From NCBI RefSeq assembly GCF_964204865.1, contig NC_135259.1, forward strand, positions 8,618,001 through 8,682,000: DNA of 64,000 nt. The letters are read 5' to 3'. Under the pieces are notes generated by a model that did not search any database, had not been told where the DNA came from, and worked only from the letters and a program-made list of their open reading frames with translations. The translations under genes and the position numbers were made by a program. This document shows positions 1-13,028 of the stretch, one piece after another (the stretch's first letter is position 1; every line of letters starts with the position of its first letter). The DNA is from Styela clava. Its lineage: Eukaryota.

Positions 1-1197
1 TTGTTATGATTATTCTCGATTCGTCTTTGGCTGATCACTCCCCCCTTATGGTTGAATTTCGTCCACTTTCTTCACTGTCAGCTGCTTGACTTCCCGGCAT
101 ATAGGCAGGGTTACCATCTACCTACAGCCAAAAATAAGCACTGGTGTCAAAAGGGTATTTTTGGGTGTACTTAACAACAGAGTATAAAAATGGAAAATAA
201 ATCATACAAGAGTCTCTTCCACTCTCCCAATTTTTCATCCACTTAAGTTTTCTTTGGAAGTCGCTTCGAACAAGAAACCCATGGAAAGGCACGAAGTGAC
301 AGTCACACACAACCTCTAAAGCGGTGGTTCCCAACCAGGGCCACCATGCCAGGCGCAAAACGGATTTTACGTTCCATCTAGAAAAAAATAACCGTTTTTT
401 CTAGTTTAATTGCTTGATAAGGTTATTTCACAGAGTGTTTTCACTTTGTTAGCATGAATTGTTTGAACAAAATGGGATTAGGAATCTACTAATCAAAGTA
501 ACACTATTGAATGATAAACAAGGGGGTCATAAGTGCTAAACGCCTCTAGAACGGGGCCACACTGTTCTGTCTTCATACTTTGATTTCCCGCAAGGATTTT
601 TGCGAAATTATTATGTTTTGTGGTAGTATTGTGGGCACTAATTGCTGTTTATCCCATGACCTCTAGGTTGATATCGCTATCACAATAGCAGCAACTAATT
701 GACTTTGTGCACAGCTCGACTTTGTGCTCGTGCTTACTCATTGTCTAAATTATGGTTTATCCCTAAAAAGAGTATTCTTAAAAACTGACGCCAACTATTG
801 TCACTGGAAATACTGCAAACCCCACCGCTAACAGAAACAGTGAGCGAGTCCGAGGCATGAGGTTACGGTGGAACGTAGTTAATCGATATCTCACAGTAAC
901 GCAACAAAACGCGAATACGCGTATAATGATAAACGTCGTCCCTTGTTTTCACGGAAGCTTTGTACGCATACATGAACTTACCATCCATGTTTTCAAGACA
1001 AATTGAGTACGCAACTCGAAAATAAGCACTTTTCTTAGAAATAAGCACATCGTTACTTTATAAGACGCGGGCCGAAAAAGAAACACAAATCTTAGAAATA
1101 AGCACGATATAGTAAACCTGCATATAGGCTACTCACCTTCGTCGGACTAACTTCGTATCAAACAAACAAATACCTTCAACAGACAAATACCAAGCAA

Positions 1198-2252
1198 TAG
1201 GGCTGTCCAAGCGAACCAAATAATCGAATCGCAAATTATTCGAATCGTTTTTCAACTAATTTTCGAATCGCTTAAATTAGGTACCGGTACATAAAGCGGA
1301 AACCACCTTTACGGAATGTTTTTCATCGGGCAAGCGGCAGCGCTCCGAGCTTAGACCACTCTCGCTCCCGGCTTAATTGGTTTCCCGATATTTCTCTCGC
1401 CTTCATTTTGTGATAAACATGTCGTTACTAATGCCCGCCCGGTGGCACGTGATTAGCCATTTCATGCATGGTCATCATAACAAGGTATAATCGGTCATGA
1501 CGTTTTTGAGAGAGAACAAGGAGACAATTTAGAACCCGATAGTTCTATAAATAGAATCGATTTGAAGCTGTTGAGTTAGTTATCATAGGAACATGGTGCA
1601 GGCAACTCAAAGCTGAAACAGGTGTTTGGGATCCTCATGATGGCAATACCTTCTTTGAATGGAATTTGTAAGTTCTTATGATGGCATTACTGTATTATCC
1701 ATCTATAAACCAAGACAAATAATTGCACTCTTGCATTTTGATGGCTGTTGTACACTAACAATATTATAGTCGTCAAATAATATTGTCGTGAACTAGCTTT
1801 GAATTTTTAAATGCAATTTTGAACTTGAGTAACAGTTTATCTATATTGATGGTTGTTATTATTTTGCTGAAATTTACACAAAAAAACATGAGACTAGTGG
1901 ATAGGATTAGAATAGCATCTACAGGCTTTACATGTCCTATTAAAACTGAATCCATCAAAATTGAGATTGCAATTTTTGAATAGTGCAATTTTTACTCTCA
2001 ACACTCAACAGTTTTCAAGACCCAAATTTTGGAGTTCTCCAATTTTTTTGACCAGTTCATACAAGCGTGTGATCTCCTTTCAAAAATCTGAAAACATTGT
2101 ATTGCAAAATACCAGCAGTAAGTAAGATGTAACTGCACATACGTTACCACAACATCGAGATTCAGGCCTTTATTGTATAATAGAGACAGATTTAATATTG
2201 CGCAATAATGTTCGATTCGAATCAAAAAAAATTTCGATTTCGGACAGTCCCA
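1198..2252. mobile_element. Non-autonomous hAT-type element (MITE), ~1.05 kb
   Basis: Termini TAGGGCTGTCC (1198) and GGACAGTCCCA (2242-2252) are imperfect inverted repeats with subterminal TTCGAATCG repeats. Flanks CCAAGCAA (1190-1197) and CCAATCAA (2253-2260) form a 7/8 match to an 8-bp TSD. It interrupts an ACAGACAAATAC...CAACATACTTA motif whose reverse complement is in the HINE-like element at 45.6 kb. Confidence 0.75.
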
Positions 2253-4199
2253 CCAATCAACATACTTATCGATCTAACAATATTTCCAATTTGATCAAAA
2301 CACTGCCATAATATTCTTTGCCTGGAATTCTACCATTCAATGAACTTGCACATTATGCACTGATTTCAAAATCATCCGTGTGTACTTTTTTGTAAAACTG
2401 AGTTGCATTTTGTGAGTCGATTTCAAATGAGGTGTCCTTCACACAATTGAAATTTGCTGTTACATCTTACAAATTTAGAATCCTTAGCGGATATAAAGTA
2501 GATTTGAACTAGGAGACACCCCTGCATCGGCATTTTAAATAGTTCCCAAAATTACTACAGTCGTTAAAAGAATTGACTTTTTGAGATGTTACTAATTCTT
2601 TTGCTTCGCCAAAAACCTCTAAAATGCCCATGATAATTGCATTCAAAGTAATCAATCGACGCCGTCATCGCAATGAATAGATTTGATGAAAGTGGACTAA
2701 TATTGATTTAACATACATTACAATTATCATATTTCATCATGATCCAGAGAACAAGTTCGTGCCGGTCACTGATTTTCAAACTCTACAAAGCAAACGGAGT
2801 TAGCGGGTCGTGATATGTTAAAATTCTTATTGCTAGCGCTCCGTGGCGGTATTATCAGACATGCGCATCAGCCAGTCACGTTGAAAAATCTTGTATAGGT
2901 TTACACGGTGTTATAGAATCGGAGAAACGTTTCACTCGGCTCTGAGTAATTCAATGAAAACTCGACCCCGACCTTTTTCTGCGAGTTGATAAATTTTTTA
3001 CTTTGTTACCAGCCCTTAACTAAGAATATATGAAAATTAAATTACCAATTTTTCTGTTTGTGGGCTATTGGTATCGTGTCCAGAAGTGAAACCTGGAAAC
3101 CATCAATTTTTTTTTTGTTTCCGTCAAACATTTTGCATTTAAGTAGATTTATGCGATCAAATAAATATTTGCATTCGTAGAAAATACTTTGGGAAAGATT
3201 GGGTATTTTGTGGCCCAGCATATGGCGTAGCTAGCTGTGGCGCGTTCCCGAATGCCTGGCACATGAAATTTACATATCAATAAATATTTTTTGTTGCACG
3301 CTTTTGGTTTGATGAAATATCATAATTTTAGAGTATTAGACAAAATTATAAATATGGCTCTGATGCGTTCATTTCAAATTAGTGTTTTTTTTTCAAAAAG
3401 ACGCTATGGTATGGGATACCAGCAGAAAAAAGCAGTCTCAAACACAACGTAAACAAGCCCTTAATTCAGTTCGCCACCATAAAATAGTTGATAGCGTTAA
3501 TTTTTGATAACTCCGAATAAAATTTCGATGTCTTAATATCTCGTTTCAACCCAACCATAAATTTGATGCGTTTTGAAAATGAAAACAGTTGTCTTACTCT
3601 AACATATGCCTATATTTTCGATTCATTCTGAAATCGATTTTTAATTCTTAGATTCACCGTCCCCCTATTAAATTTTTGGTTACAGAAATGCTTCGAAAGA
3701 TATTTCAATCAAGATTACGGGCGTTGGAAAAATGAAACCAATTTTCATAGAGTTTAAAAAAACACATGACGTGATTACCTTGCGTGTCATCATGTTTATC
3801 GATATTGACAGCCCATAATAAAAATGAATCAGCAATGTTATTTACGTCATTGGATAATTTCGGTAACGCTGTCATTTTGAATAAAGTTTTTTTTTTACGA
3901 ATAACACGTTACGGGAGGCGTTACCCAAGCTTATTATTGTGAAAACTAAAAATAATTTTCTGCTTGAAAAAAGTTGAAATTTGTCTGGTAATTTCATATA
4001 TAAAATAATTATTACATCTTGACTCATGCACTTACAGATGCAAATATATCGACAGGGATGTAGGTGCATATGCAGTTATTTTTCACAAACATAAGTCCGT
4101 GCGTATATGTGGTGTTACAAAATTTATTCCATTTTCGTCAGTTGATACGTAAGTTAAGAGAAATCCCCACATCGCTGAATCAACGGATTTGCGAATGGC

Positions 4200-4959
4200 A
4201 CTAAGACGACAAAGAGTAAGTAATGTTCAGTAAGTTAACTGTAATGCATGGGTTATTGTGATAAGATATATGTTTAATATCTTCATGACTTGAGGCTCGG
4301 GAAATATTTTTCTGAAGAAGATTGGTTTATTGGAACTATATAACTGAAGTTAATTGTGATGCGTTTGTTACATTGACGATATGTGTTGGTTTACAAGTCA
4401 TTATATTAATAATATCCTGAGATAGCCCCAAGCTTCGATGTATCTGAGATTAGAAAATTGATATTGTAGTTTTATATAAACTGTTGCAATTTGATATGTG
4501 GTATATAAGGCAAATAAAAAGATTATATGTAATATTATGCTTGCAGTCAGGTATAAAACTTTGATAAAATGCGAGCCGGGGACGAGCGAAGACAACAATG
4601 AAAACCCTATGTTTTAGTGAAAATGAATATGTTTTATCAGTAGATAGGCTAGTTGATAGGTTAGTTTCAAAAGGCGGTGTGTGTATTACAGTCATACTGT
4701 GACTGAACTCGCTGCCAGGCATCTCACTGCGATGGCCTGGTTATTTATTAAGCTTCTTCAAGCTATTGCAGCGCAGTGGGTTCGAGTTCTTGTCAGTAAG
4801 GCGATGGTCTAGATTTAGAAGTTGAGCAAGGATTTGATATGGATAAGGAAGAATTCGTTGCCTAATATGTAAAATACTCAAATTCTGTCGTATAATATAA
4901 GAAAAAATTGAGAACAATAAGATCACAAAAACTTTGAAAAGAAAGCAATGCTGCATCAT
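4200..4959 (-). pseudogene. Decayed type II membrane protein, possibly carbohydrate sulfotransferase-like
   Basis: ORFs 4741..4959 and 4450..4722 are in the same frame, separated by one TAA. The product shows an N-terminal hydrophobic anchor (FLFKVFVILLFSIFSYII), an S/T-rich stem, then HRVFIVVFAR. The DNA that follows (CGTCCCCGGCTCGCATTT) is one substitution plus two compensating indels from CGT TCC GGC TCG TCA TTT (RSGSSF, the 5'-PSB motif). Family call is weak and the left boundary approximate. Confidence 0.3.
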
Positions 4960-7391
4960 TCAATAACGGTACTTTACAATTAATGTATCAATTGAATTTT
5001 AACAAATCGCCCCTACTTGTATCTCGTTCACATAAATTGAATTTTATCAATTGATTTATTAAAAGTACAAATTGCATACGAGATGATCTGAACTTTTGAA
5101 ATATCAAGTAGGTTCAATTCAGTTCGTAAATGCATTATCGTGCCCAGCGTAGAACACAGTCGTAAGGCGTGCAGATAATAAGTGATCAACAACAATACAA
5201 ATTACGCACTTTGACGCATTACCATTCAAAATATGATGTGTATGTACCAGAAAGGTCGAGTTGAAAATATCTATTGAAACTATAAATAGTAATGATAGTT
5301 TCAATTGACGAAAGACGTTTGTTTTTTCTAGAAAAGGGCATATTAATAATTTTATATAACGTATATTGATAAGCAGAATATATGGAGATGCGCGTAATGA
5401 AGTTAGAATACTGAGTAACCCATATATATCAAAATCGGCTCAGGGAATCAGACCTCAGGTTGTGTTATGATATGAGTTTGTTTAGTTATCTATTCAACAG
5501 CGTCTTGGTCATGCAGCTTAAATTATTTTTGCCACAGAGCGATTGGATCATGCACATCCTGAATAAACCTTTATATACAATCAAGGATGAATATTAAAAA
5601 TGGTATGACAAGGCCTTACGAGGATGAGATATTCATGACGAGTTAGGCTATGATATTCGCGTATATTCGTTGTTATTGGTTTAACCCTGCTAAAACGCTT
5701 AAAAACAGTGAAAAACCGTCAAAAAACACCAATAACCCTGCTAAAACGCTAGATTTTAATATAAGTTATTTTCATCGTCAACAAATACAGGTAGTAAAAT
5801 CACGTCAAAATCGCTTACTACGCACATTGAATCTTGTGCTAAATAAATATTATTCTACTTCAATATTTTAAAGATGGTCTAGCTAGTGGATAATTTGTTT
5901 TATTTTTCGCGTACATATCTTGTAGTTCATTTAAAAATTCATCTAAATAATCTGCTTATTTTTAATAGTGTAAATACCCAAAGGGCAAATCTATATTATT
6001 TCAATGCATCAATCTTCAACAATAAACAAAGAAGATATTTCGTGACCGTGTCTAACATGAAGTCGTCGCAAACCTGTCACAGCCCATTCGTTTATCGTCT
6101 GAATCTATACTGTGTTTACATAATCATCCTTGTATCCATCGTCATGATCGCTAACCAGGTATGTGAACCGAACGTGTTGTTTATGTCGTAAAAAATTTAA
6201 GCCGGATATTTGGCAACGGAGATTAATTTCTCATAGACGAATGTGAATTTTGTTCTCATACTAACTATGCCTAGTATGATATGTGACTTTGTCGTTGCCA
6301 ATTGACTGCCAAAGACAAAATTATGGATTTCTGACCAAGAGTAATTTACGTTGTGGTAAATAGTCCCACTTTTGACCAAGCATAAAATCATTAAATCAAT
6401 TATCAAAATCGACCTGAATCATTTTGTCGATTCAATCTTGATGTATACAATATAATACCCAGCGAGCAGTTATCTTAATTTTACAAATGTGAGCTAAGAT
6501 TTTGAATGACAATTTGTACATGAAATAAGTATTATAATACATCGGTTTACTTTATATTTAATAACTTTTCAATTTGATTTAACGTATACTATGAGAATCT
6601 TGTTTATGAACGTTTGATTTGAATCATTTGAAATTTTCAAGCTAAATCCTCAATCCCATGTCTAATATAAATTTTCAGAACAATATATCCTGTTGCGAGG
6701 ATATTTATTCATCTAGCTAGAATAAGCTGATCATATGTGTATCACGTTCTAGAGGGAGAAATTTTCGCCAGAATTTCATTTCATGTTTTTGAGTGAATGC
6801 TAAAAATATTCTATCTTGAACTTACATTTTGAAAAATGAGAAACGTTTTTAGGCCATTTTAGCAACACATTTAAAAATCGTGCTTCCTTTCCGCGGAAAT
6901 AAAATTGAGAATACATTTTAGTTTTGGTTCGACAGTAAATACCATCGATTGATCCTTTCTGACGTCTTCTTTCAGAAATTATCAAATTTTATGCAAATTT
7001 TCCACGCAAATAGTTTCATCAATAAATTCCTAAAAATAAAACTTTTATCAAAATTCTCAAAAAAGTGATTATTTTTTAGAATAATCGAAGTTGAATAGGA
7101 CATTTTTTATTATTGGCCAATTCTATTATATATTTTCGCAATTCCTATAAAGTCAAGTATACATTTCTTCCAAATATCACTTCTGTGCTTTGTGTAATAA
7201 TTCTTGAGTCATCGCTATAATCTATTTTGATAAGTTTAATGAAAATAATTTTCACGTTTCAATCAAAAAAGCATATTTGTGTTAAACGTTCGCAAACATA
7301 AGTCAGCAAAAGTACTGAATTCTTTTTTAGATAAGTATCTTATCATAGATTTGACGTCACCGTGGTTCTCATTCTAGTTGTTTTTTAACAG

Positions 7392-10381
7392 TGCAACCTC
7401 CTTTCTTCATTTACTTACAAACAAAGAAAAAACTCGTTCAGAAATATTTTGAATGTTCGATTTCACTCGGAGTCGAACTCGAAATTAGAAACAAAGGAAG
7501 ATGTGAATGTTCGAGTTGTAGAAGAGTTTCAAAATTTTAATGGCGATTATCAAGATATGGTTATCGTTGAAGTAGATGAAGCATCCGATGAAAACTCGAC
7601 AGGTTTTGAATATGTTACTGATCAACCACTTGTTACCACATTCGGAAACATTTCGTTTGAAGATTACCAAACTTGGCAGGAATATCTGAAAACAAAATCA
7701 GGTAATATTTATTGTGATAAACACAATAATTCATATTCGACTTATGGTTAATTTCGACTGAAGCAGAGCATGATATACAGTATATACGAGGGTAAAATCA
7801 ATATGTATAAAAATAGGGCTATATTTAACCTATGACACCCGTCTTCCTTCTAAACATTATATTATCACGTGCAGTTACGTACACAAGTAATGCTTTGATA
7901 TAATGCTATTTTTCTAATATACAGAATTTGAGTGGTTAGTCATTTTGAATTTATTTTATGTTTCGCACATAATCTCCGTTCATTCAAAACGAGTATCACA
8001 GTTCACACAATGTGTTTTAGCACGGGGCTCTCCAAACATGGGTTCTCGGCCCCCGGCGGGTCGCGAAAGGGCTCAATATGGGTATTGGTACCTATTAATG
8101 TCAGAACTAGCAATACATCTTCCGCCTTTTGCCCCCACTTGTGTGTAAAAATCATTTTCGAAGCTAACTCATGTCATCACCGAAATGAGGCCAAGTTTCG
8201 ATCTTTTGTGCGAGAATATGCGAGCACGTCTCATTTAAGTTCCAGAGGGTCGCGACGAAAAATGTTTAAAGAGAACTGTTTCAGTGTAATCCTCTTGGTT
8301 ACGATATTACGGGGTCATTTAAGTCCATCATTATACAAAGTTAACACATGCGCCCTAAAGCTACAGACTTAAAAGCCGCTGAATAGACTTTTCATACAGC
8401 TTACTATTTGTTTAGTGGACTAAAAATTAAATGTTGTGCTTTATTTCATTTCTCTAAAATATTTGATACTATTTTTATATTCAGAATATTCTGACGAAAG
8501 TTCGTCAAAGCTCGACAAATTTATGCCAACGATATTATTCTGGAATCCAAAACAATTTCCAGACAGTATGATACCGAAAGAACCTATTTGTGGGGGTGGA
8601 TGCAACATCGTGACAGATCGAGGGCTGTATAATGTTAGTGATGCGATTCTCTTTACGATGAAAGAATATAATCTGACTGATTTGCCGAATAAATCATGGA
8701 GGTAACTAAAAATGGTTTGCTTTTATGAATATTTAATATTTAAATTAAATTACCCGAAAACAGTCATACAGCAGTGAAAAATTGTCTCTTTTATTTTCAT
8801 TTCAAATGTGGAGATCCGTTAATTAATTAAGCAATTGCAGTCTGCTGGTAGTAATGTTGCGAATGAATTTTCATTCGAGTACTCTGATGACAAAATACTT
8901 GCGAAATCAACTCAATTTCAAGTTATTAACTTCCTTATGAGGTATGGATATAGCTGCAAAAATCGAGTACATCGGCCGTTTCCTTATGTAATGCATCTCT
9001 TTATGGGTCATACTTTATTAGCGGTTAAGTTGTGAGAGATAGAATTTAAATACTGAGCACGCCTTTTTTAAATAGGGTTAGCATACATGGTCTCGATCGT
9101 CACTTGAATGGCTACTCCGTGGGTGGATAATGAGTTATCAAAGTATGAGCTTAATCTTTTGAGCACCTTCACGAAATGTGTACTGCTGCCTTTGTTATAT
9201 GTTGAGAAATGTTTTTTAAATTAACACGATATTCGAAATATTCATAGACATCCCAATCAAGCGTACGTATGGTGGTCTGAAGAGAGTACATGGACTTCCA
9301 AGATCATGTATGAGAAGAGGTTGGATCAGATAGAGGAAAACTATTTCAATTGGACAATGACATTTAAACGAACATCAGACGTAAATGCAATGATGATTCC
9401 GTATAAAGCCCGTGACTTTGTACGCCAAAGGCTATATGAGTAAGTAATATGTAGCCATTTGAAAATAGTCCATTTTGAACCAATGAAAAACACAAAATAC
9501 CTTCAAACCTATGCTTTTCTAAATATATTTTCGATTTTAGATATAAAAAGCTCCATCCAACTTCAACAGACACGAAAGTTTTACCCGGAGACGAATTTAT
9601 CCCATCAGGACCCAAAACAGCTAGAGAAATTTCCTATTATAAATCCCAAGCATCAAAACTATTGCAACGGAAGATCAAAACGGCGGCATGGGTCGCTACA
9701 AATTGTGGCTACACAGCTGGAGCAGTGTTGCGGAGAGATCTTGTAACAAAATTGCAATTCCAAGGTCTTCAAGTAGATATCTACGGTGGATGTGGCAATG
9801 AAGACGTTCCCAAAACATTGGCAGACTTTTCTGAAATGCTATCAGAGTACAAATTTTATCTTGCATTCGAAAACGCGTTACATTGTCGGGATTACATCAC
9901 AGAAAAATTTTGGTATAACGCACTGTACGCTGGGGTAGTTCCAGTAATATGGGGTCCTTTGAAAATAGACGTAGAAGCAGTTGCACCTCCAGATTCCTAC
10001 ATTCACGCCGAAAATTTTGATTCGACGGAACACCTTGTTGATTATCTTATACAACTAAGTAAAGATGATGAATTATATATGCGATATTTTACATGGTGGT
10101 GGAAAACTCCTGGATATTTTCCTATTTTTGGAGTAACAGAAACGAAAGAAAGCATAGGTAATAAAGGTGCCATGTTTGACTTTGAAATGAACGGACTCTG
10201 TCATCTTTGTAGTCTTTTAAACAAAGGTGTTCATAAGAAATATAAAAAATCTATTCCCTCTCTGCATAAGTTTTGGTACACAAATGAAACAAAAACTTGT
10301 ATAAGTCGAACCCATAATGCAAAATTTGAAATTTTTGGAAGCAAAAAAGCCAAAACCCCTTACAAGATAACAGTTGTTTAG
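7392..10381 (+). CDS. Alpha-1,3-fucosyltransferase (GT10). Exons ~7392-7701, 8485-8701, 9248-9439, 9541-10381; start codon unresolved
   Basis: Canonical GT-AG introns with consistent phases (1,2,2) join a stem to ILFWNP...CNIVTDR...SDAILF, RHPNQAYVWWSEES, YFNWTMTFKRTSD, AAWVATNC, VDIYGGC and YKFYLAFENALHCRDYITEKFWYNAL, which are hallmark GT10 motifs. Confidence 0.93.
8021..8278. mobile_element. Degenerate hAT(Charlie)-like MITE in FucT intron 1
   Basis: Begins CACGGGGCTCTCCAAAC...GGGTCGCG and ends GGGTCGCG...GAGAACTG, resembling CAGGGG...CCAAAC / GTTTG-GAACCACTG termini. No clear TSD. Confidence 0.45.
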
Positions 10382-10399
10382 TTTTGGACTGGTCCCCAG

Positions 10400-10603
10400 G
10401 GTGACCGTACATTTGAACCCACGTACATTTGAACCCATGTGTATATCCACGGGTTCAATCTATATGCGGGTGCTAAAACCCATGGGTTAGGGTTAGTGTG
10501 GGTTCAACTATCCGAAAAACAAAAAAAAATTCCATAGGTGCAATAGCATACAGGTGCAATTGCCAAGGGTTCAAATGTACGTGGGTTCAAATGTAATGGA
10601 ACC
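10400..10603. mobile_element. Mutator-like (MULE) MITE, 204 bp, just 3' of the FucT stop
   Basis: ~35-bp TIRs (GGT..C.TACATTTGAACCCACGTACATTTGAACCC and its complement). Perfect 9-bp TSD GGTCCCCAG at 10391-10399 and 10604-10612. Confidence 0.88.
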
Positions 10604-11360
10604 GGTCCCCAGTCTGGTACTGAACTAAACACTTTCACTGCATTCATTTATTTATTTTAACAAGCTAATATTGTTGCTTTGATTACATGTGTTTGAAGAA
10701 CAGCAAGAACTAAATCATTTATTCTACTTTCTAATATTGTGCAGAATTGATTTGCAGTTTTTTTTATATTTTTTGCTTTTATTTTCTTACAAATGCTATT
10801 GCACTGTGTTGTGTTTTACTGTCATTGACATAATAATATTTATTGCTGAACATACAGAAATATTTGCTTCTTAAAATTATCGGACTAAAATGATATAAAT
10901 TTCCACAGACAAATATAAATAATCAGCCGGGACCCCCAGTTTGGAGATCCCTGATATAAACGGATCCATGATGTGATTTTAACATATGCCTGTTCGAAGT
11001 GCTGATTTTGTTTGGATAAAGTACTTACAAAAAAAAAAGGAATGGCATTGCCAGCAAGCAAAGTCACAGTTAACGTTGACGGATTTCCACTCCTGAAAAT
11101 ATGTTTTTTTGTTGCTGCCGGTAATCTTGCCATCAAGCAAAGCCACACATCCTTCCTCAAAATTGAGTTGCTTGTTGCTGTCGATAATAGAAATATAGGA
11201 TTTGGAGGTAACTTGAAACTGCCGACGGCGCGACAAAATGGAAGGAAAGAGAGGTTCCACAAGTCGCTAATATGTATTTAAACTACTGCAGCGCTTGCCA
11301 AATGCACCGCCCGTTAGAACTAGCATAAGGTACAAAATAAGTACACAGAATTTCATAATC

Positions 11361-11757
11361 GGACACGTTAGTGGACATAACGGTCGTTTTGGTAATTTGT
11401 TGTTGTTGTCTTTGACATAGTTAATAAAAAGTCTCTTTACTTTTTTATTACTGGACCAATTGCTTTGAAATTTTCAGTACTTAAAGATGGATTTATTTCT
11501 AGAAGGCTATCACTTTTATTTATTTCTAAATTTTCTATGAATCCTATGAGATCTGCAATTTCATTCAAAAATTCACTGTATTAACTTTTACGCATGGGAA
11601 CACTGATTTAGCACTTATCTCTAGCGTGACGGCTGATTCTGAAAATCCTTGCTACTGGAAACTCGGAAGTTTTTTTGAGGGTACCGGTAACGTCAAAGGT
11701 AAATGACTATTTCGCTATGGTCTACGCGTCCATATATTGAAGCATTGCTCTCTTGTT
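11361..11757 (+). mobile_element. HINE-like non-autonomous element, 'GGACACG' family copy 1
   Basis: 5' GGACACGTTAGTGGACAT; 3' CGCGTCCATATATT followed by (G)AGCATTGCTC hairpin and TCTTGTT. Body shared with copies at 12.4, 16.7 and 35.5-38.6 kb. Confidence 0.6.
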
Positions 11758-12426
11758 GCCTTTGACCTAATGGAAAATTACGCCGACGAGTTCTCACTAT
11801 ACTAGTTACTACGTCATCAATGGAACATACTAATTTGCGTTCGATTTCGGCAGGATTGTCTTTTAAAAATTCGAGTCTCGCAAACGAAGTCCACTTTATG
11901 CAAGCTGTAAACGCCAAAAATCATAAAAAATTATATATATAGAATGAAATTTGCCACAAAAATGTTTGCGTGATAAACCACCTTTAGATAAATAAGATGC
12001 GGTGTTTTAGCGCGTATGAGTGCCAAGTTCGTTAGAATTAGTAATCAATGAAATATCTCCACTTATATATTTGTCTACAAGAAATTAGATATGAGGCACC
12101 ACACTTTTCAAGGCCGGAATATTTTATCTTAAATTTTTTTGCGTACTCACAATATAGGATGTCGCAGACATCTATTAGAATCTCGCATAACGTTTAGTAG
12201 CGAGACGACTGATGTTCAAACAATAGAAGAGTATTGAAAAATGGATTGTGGCTGATTGATTGATGGCTTCTTTGAGCTCGATTTTGTTCAAGCCTTTGCT
12301 GACTCAAGCTATGCTTGCTTCGAGTCACATTCCACAGGCTCAAGTTGAATAAAATGCATAAAACGACGTGGTCGACTCAACTTGACAACGAGCTTGATCG
12401 ACTTCATTTAAGTGTTAAGAATAATT

Positions 12427-12702
12427 GGACACGTAATGGACCTATGTATCGTTTTGGTATTTTTGTTGTTGTGGTTGTTCTTTGACATAGTTATGAAAAA
12501 TTCGCTTTTCTCTTTGATGACTGGACCAATTGCTTTAAAATTTTCCGTGGTTAAAGATGGAATTTTTCTCTAGAAGGGTATTACTTTTACTTATTTCTGA
12601 ATTTCTGCAAGTTCTTGCTTCGCAAATATTTTGCTGTACTGCTACCGTTAAGACTACTGCTTCGCTTTGGTCTACGTATCCATATATTTAAGCATTGCTC
12701 TC
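12427..12702 (+). mobile_element. HINE-like 'GGACACG' family copy 2
   Basis: Same 5' end and body (ACTGGACCAATTGCTTT.AAATTTTC) and 3' CCATATATTTAAGCATTGCTCTC. Confidence 0.6.
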
Positions 12703-13028
12703 AGCGAGTAGCCGATTTTGTAAGTCGCAATGTTTTACATAAGTAGGAAATTTCTTTTGTTGAGACGAAACACAGTGATACCAATGACCCAAATGATTAG
12801 TACCTTAAAACATTCGAATATTAAATCAAAAGACATTCTAGTTGGCAACAGATAAGGGTATTGCATGTATTCGGTGTAGACTCATATAAGGTAATTGGAT
12901 CTCTCCCAATATCGGCCTTCCCATAGATTCAGCGGAGATATCTCATATTTTGTAATCATTTCAAAATACCACACATATTTTTTACCAATAAATAAATATA
13001 TTTAAAAGCACAAGGAAAGACGTAAATC

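Noticed and set aside
1-358. Terminal exon-like frame on the minus strand (VDGNPAYMPGSQ...)
   Set aside because: Too short, with no upstream exons or recognisable homology.
3222-3270. tRNA or tRNA-derived SINE head (TGGCGTAGCT A-box-like)
   Set aside because: No B-box or cloverleaf follows; no tRNA or rRNA gene was recognised anywhere in the window.
7932-8372. 146-aa ORF in the FucT intron
   Set aside because: Starts at GTG, overlaps a MITE and has no recognisable protein features.
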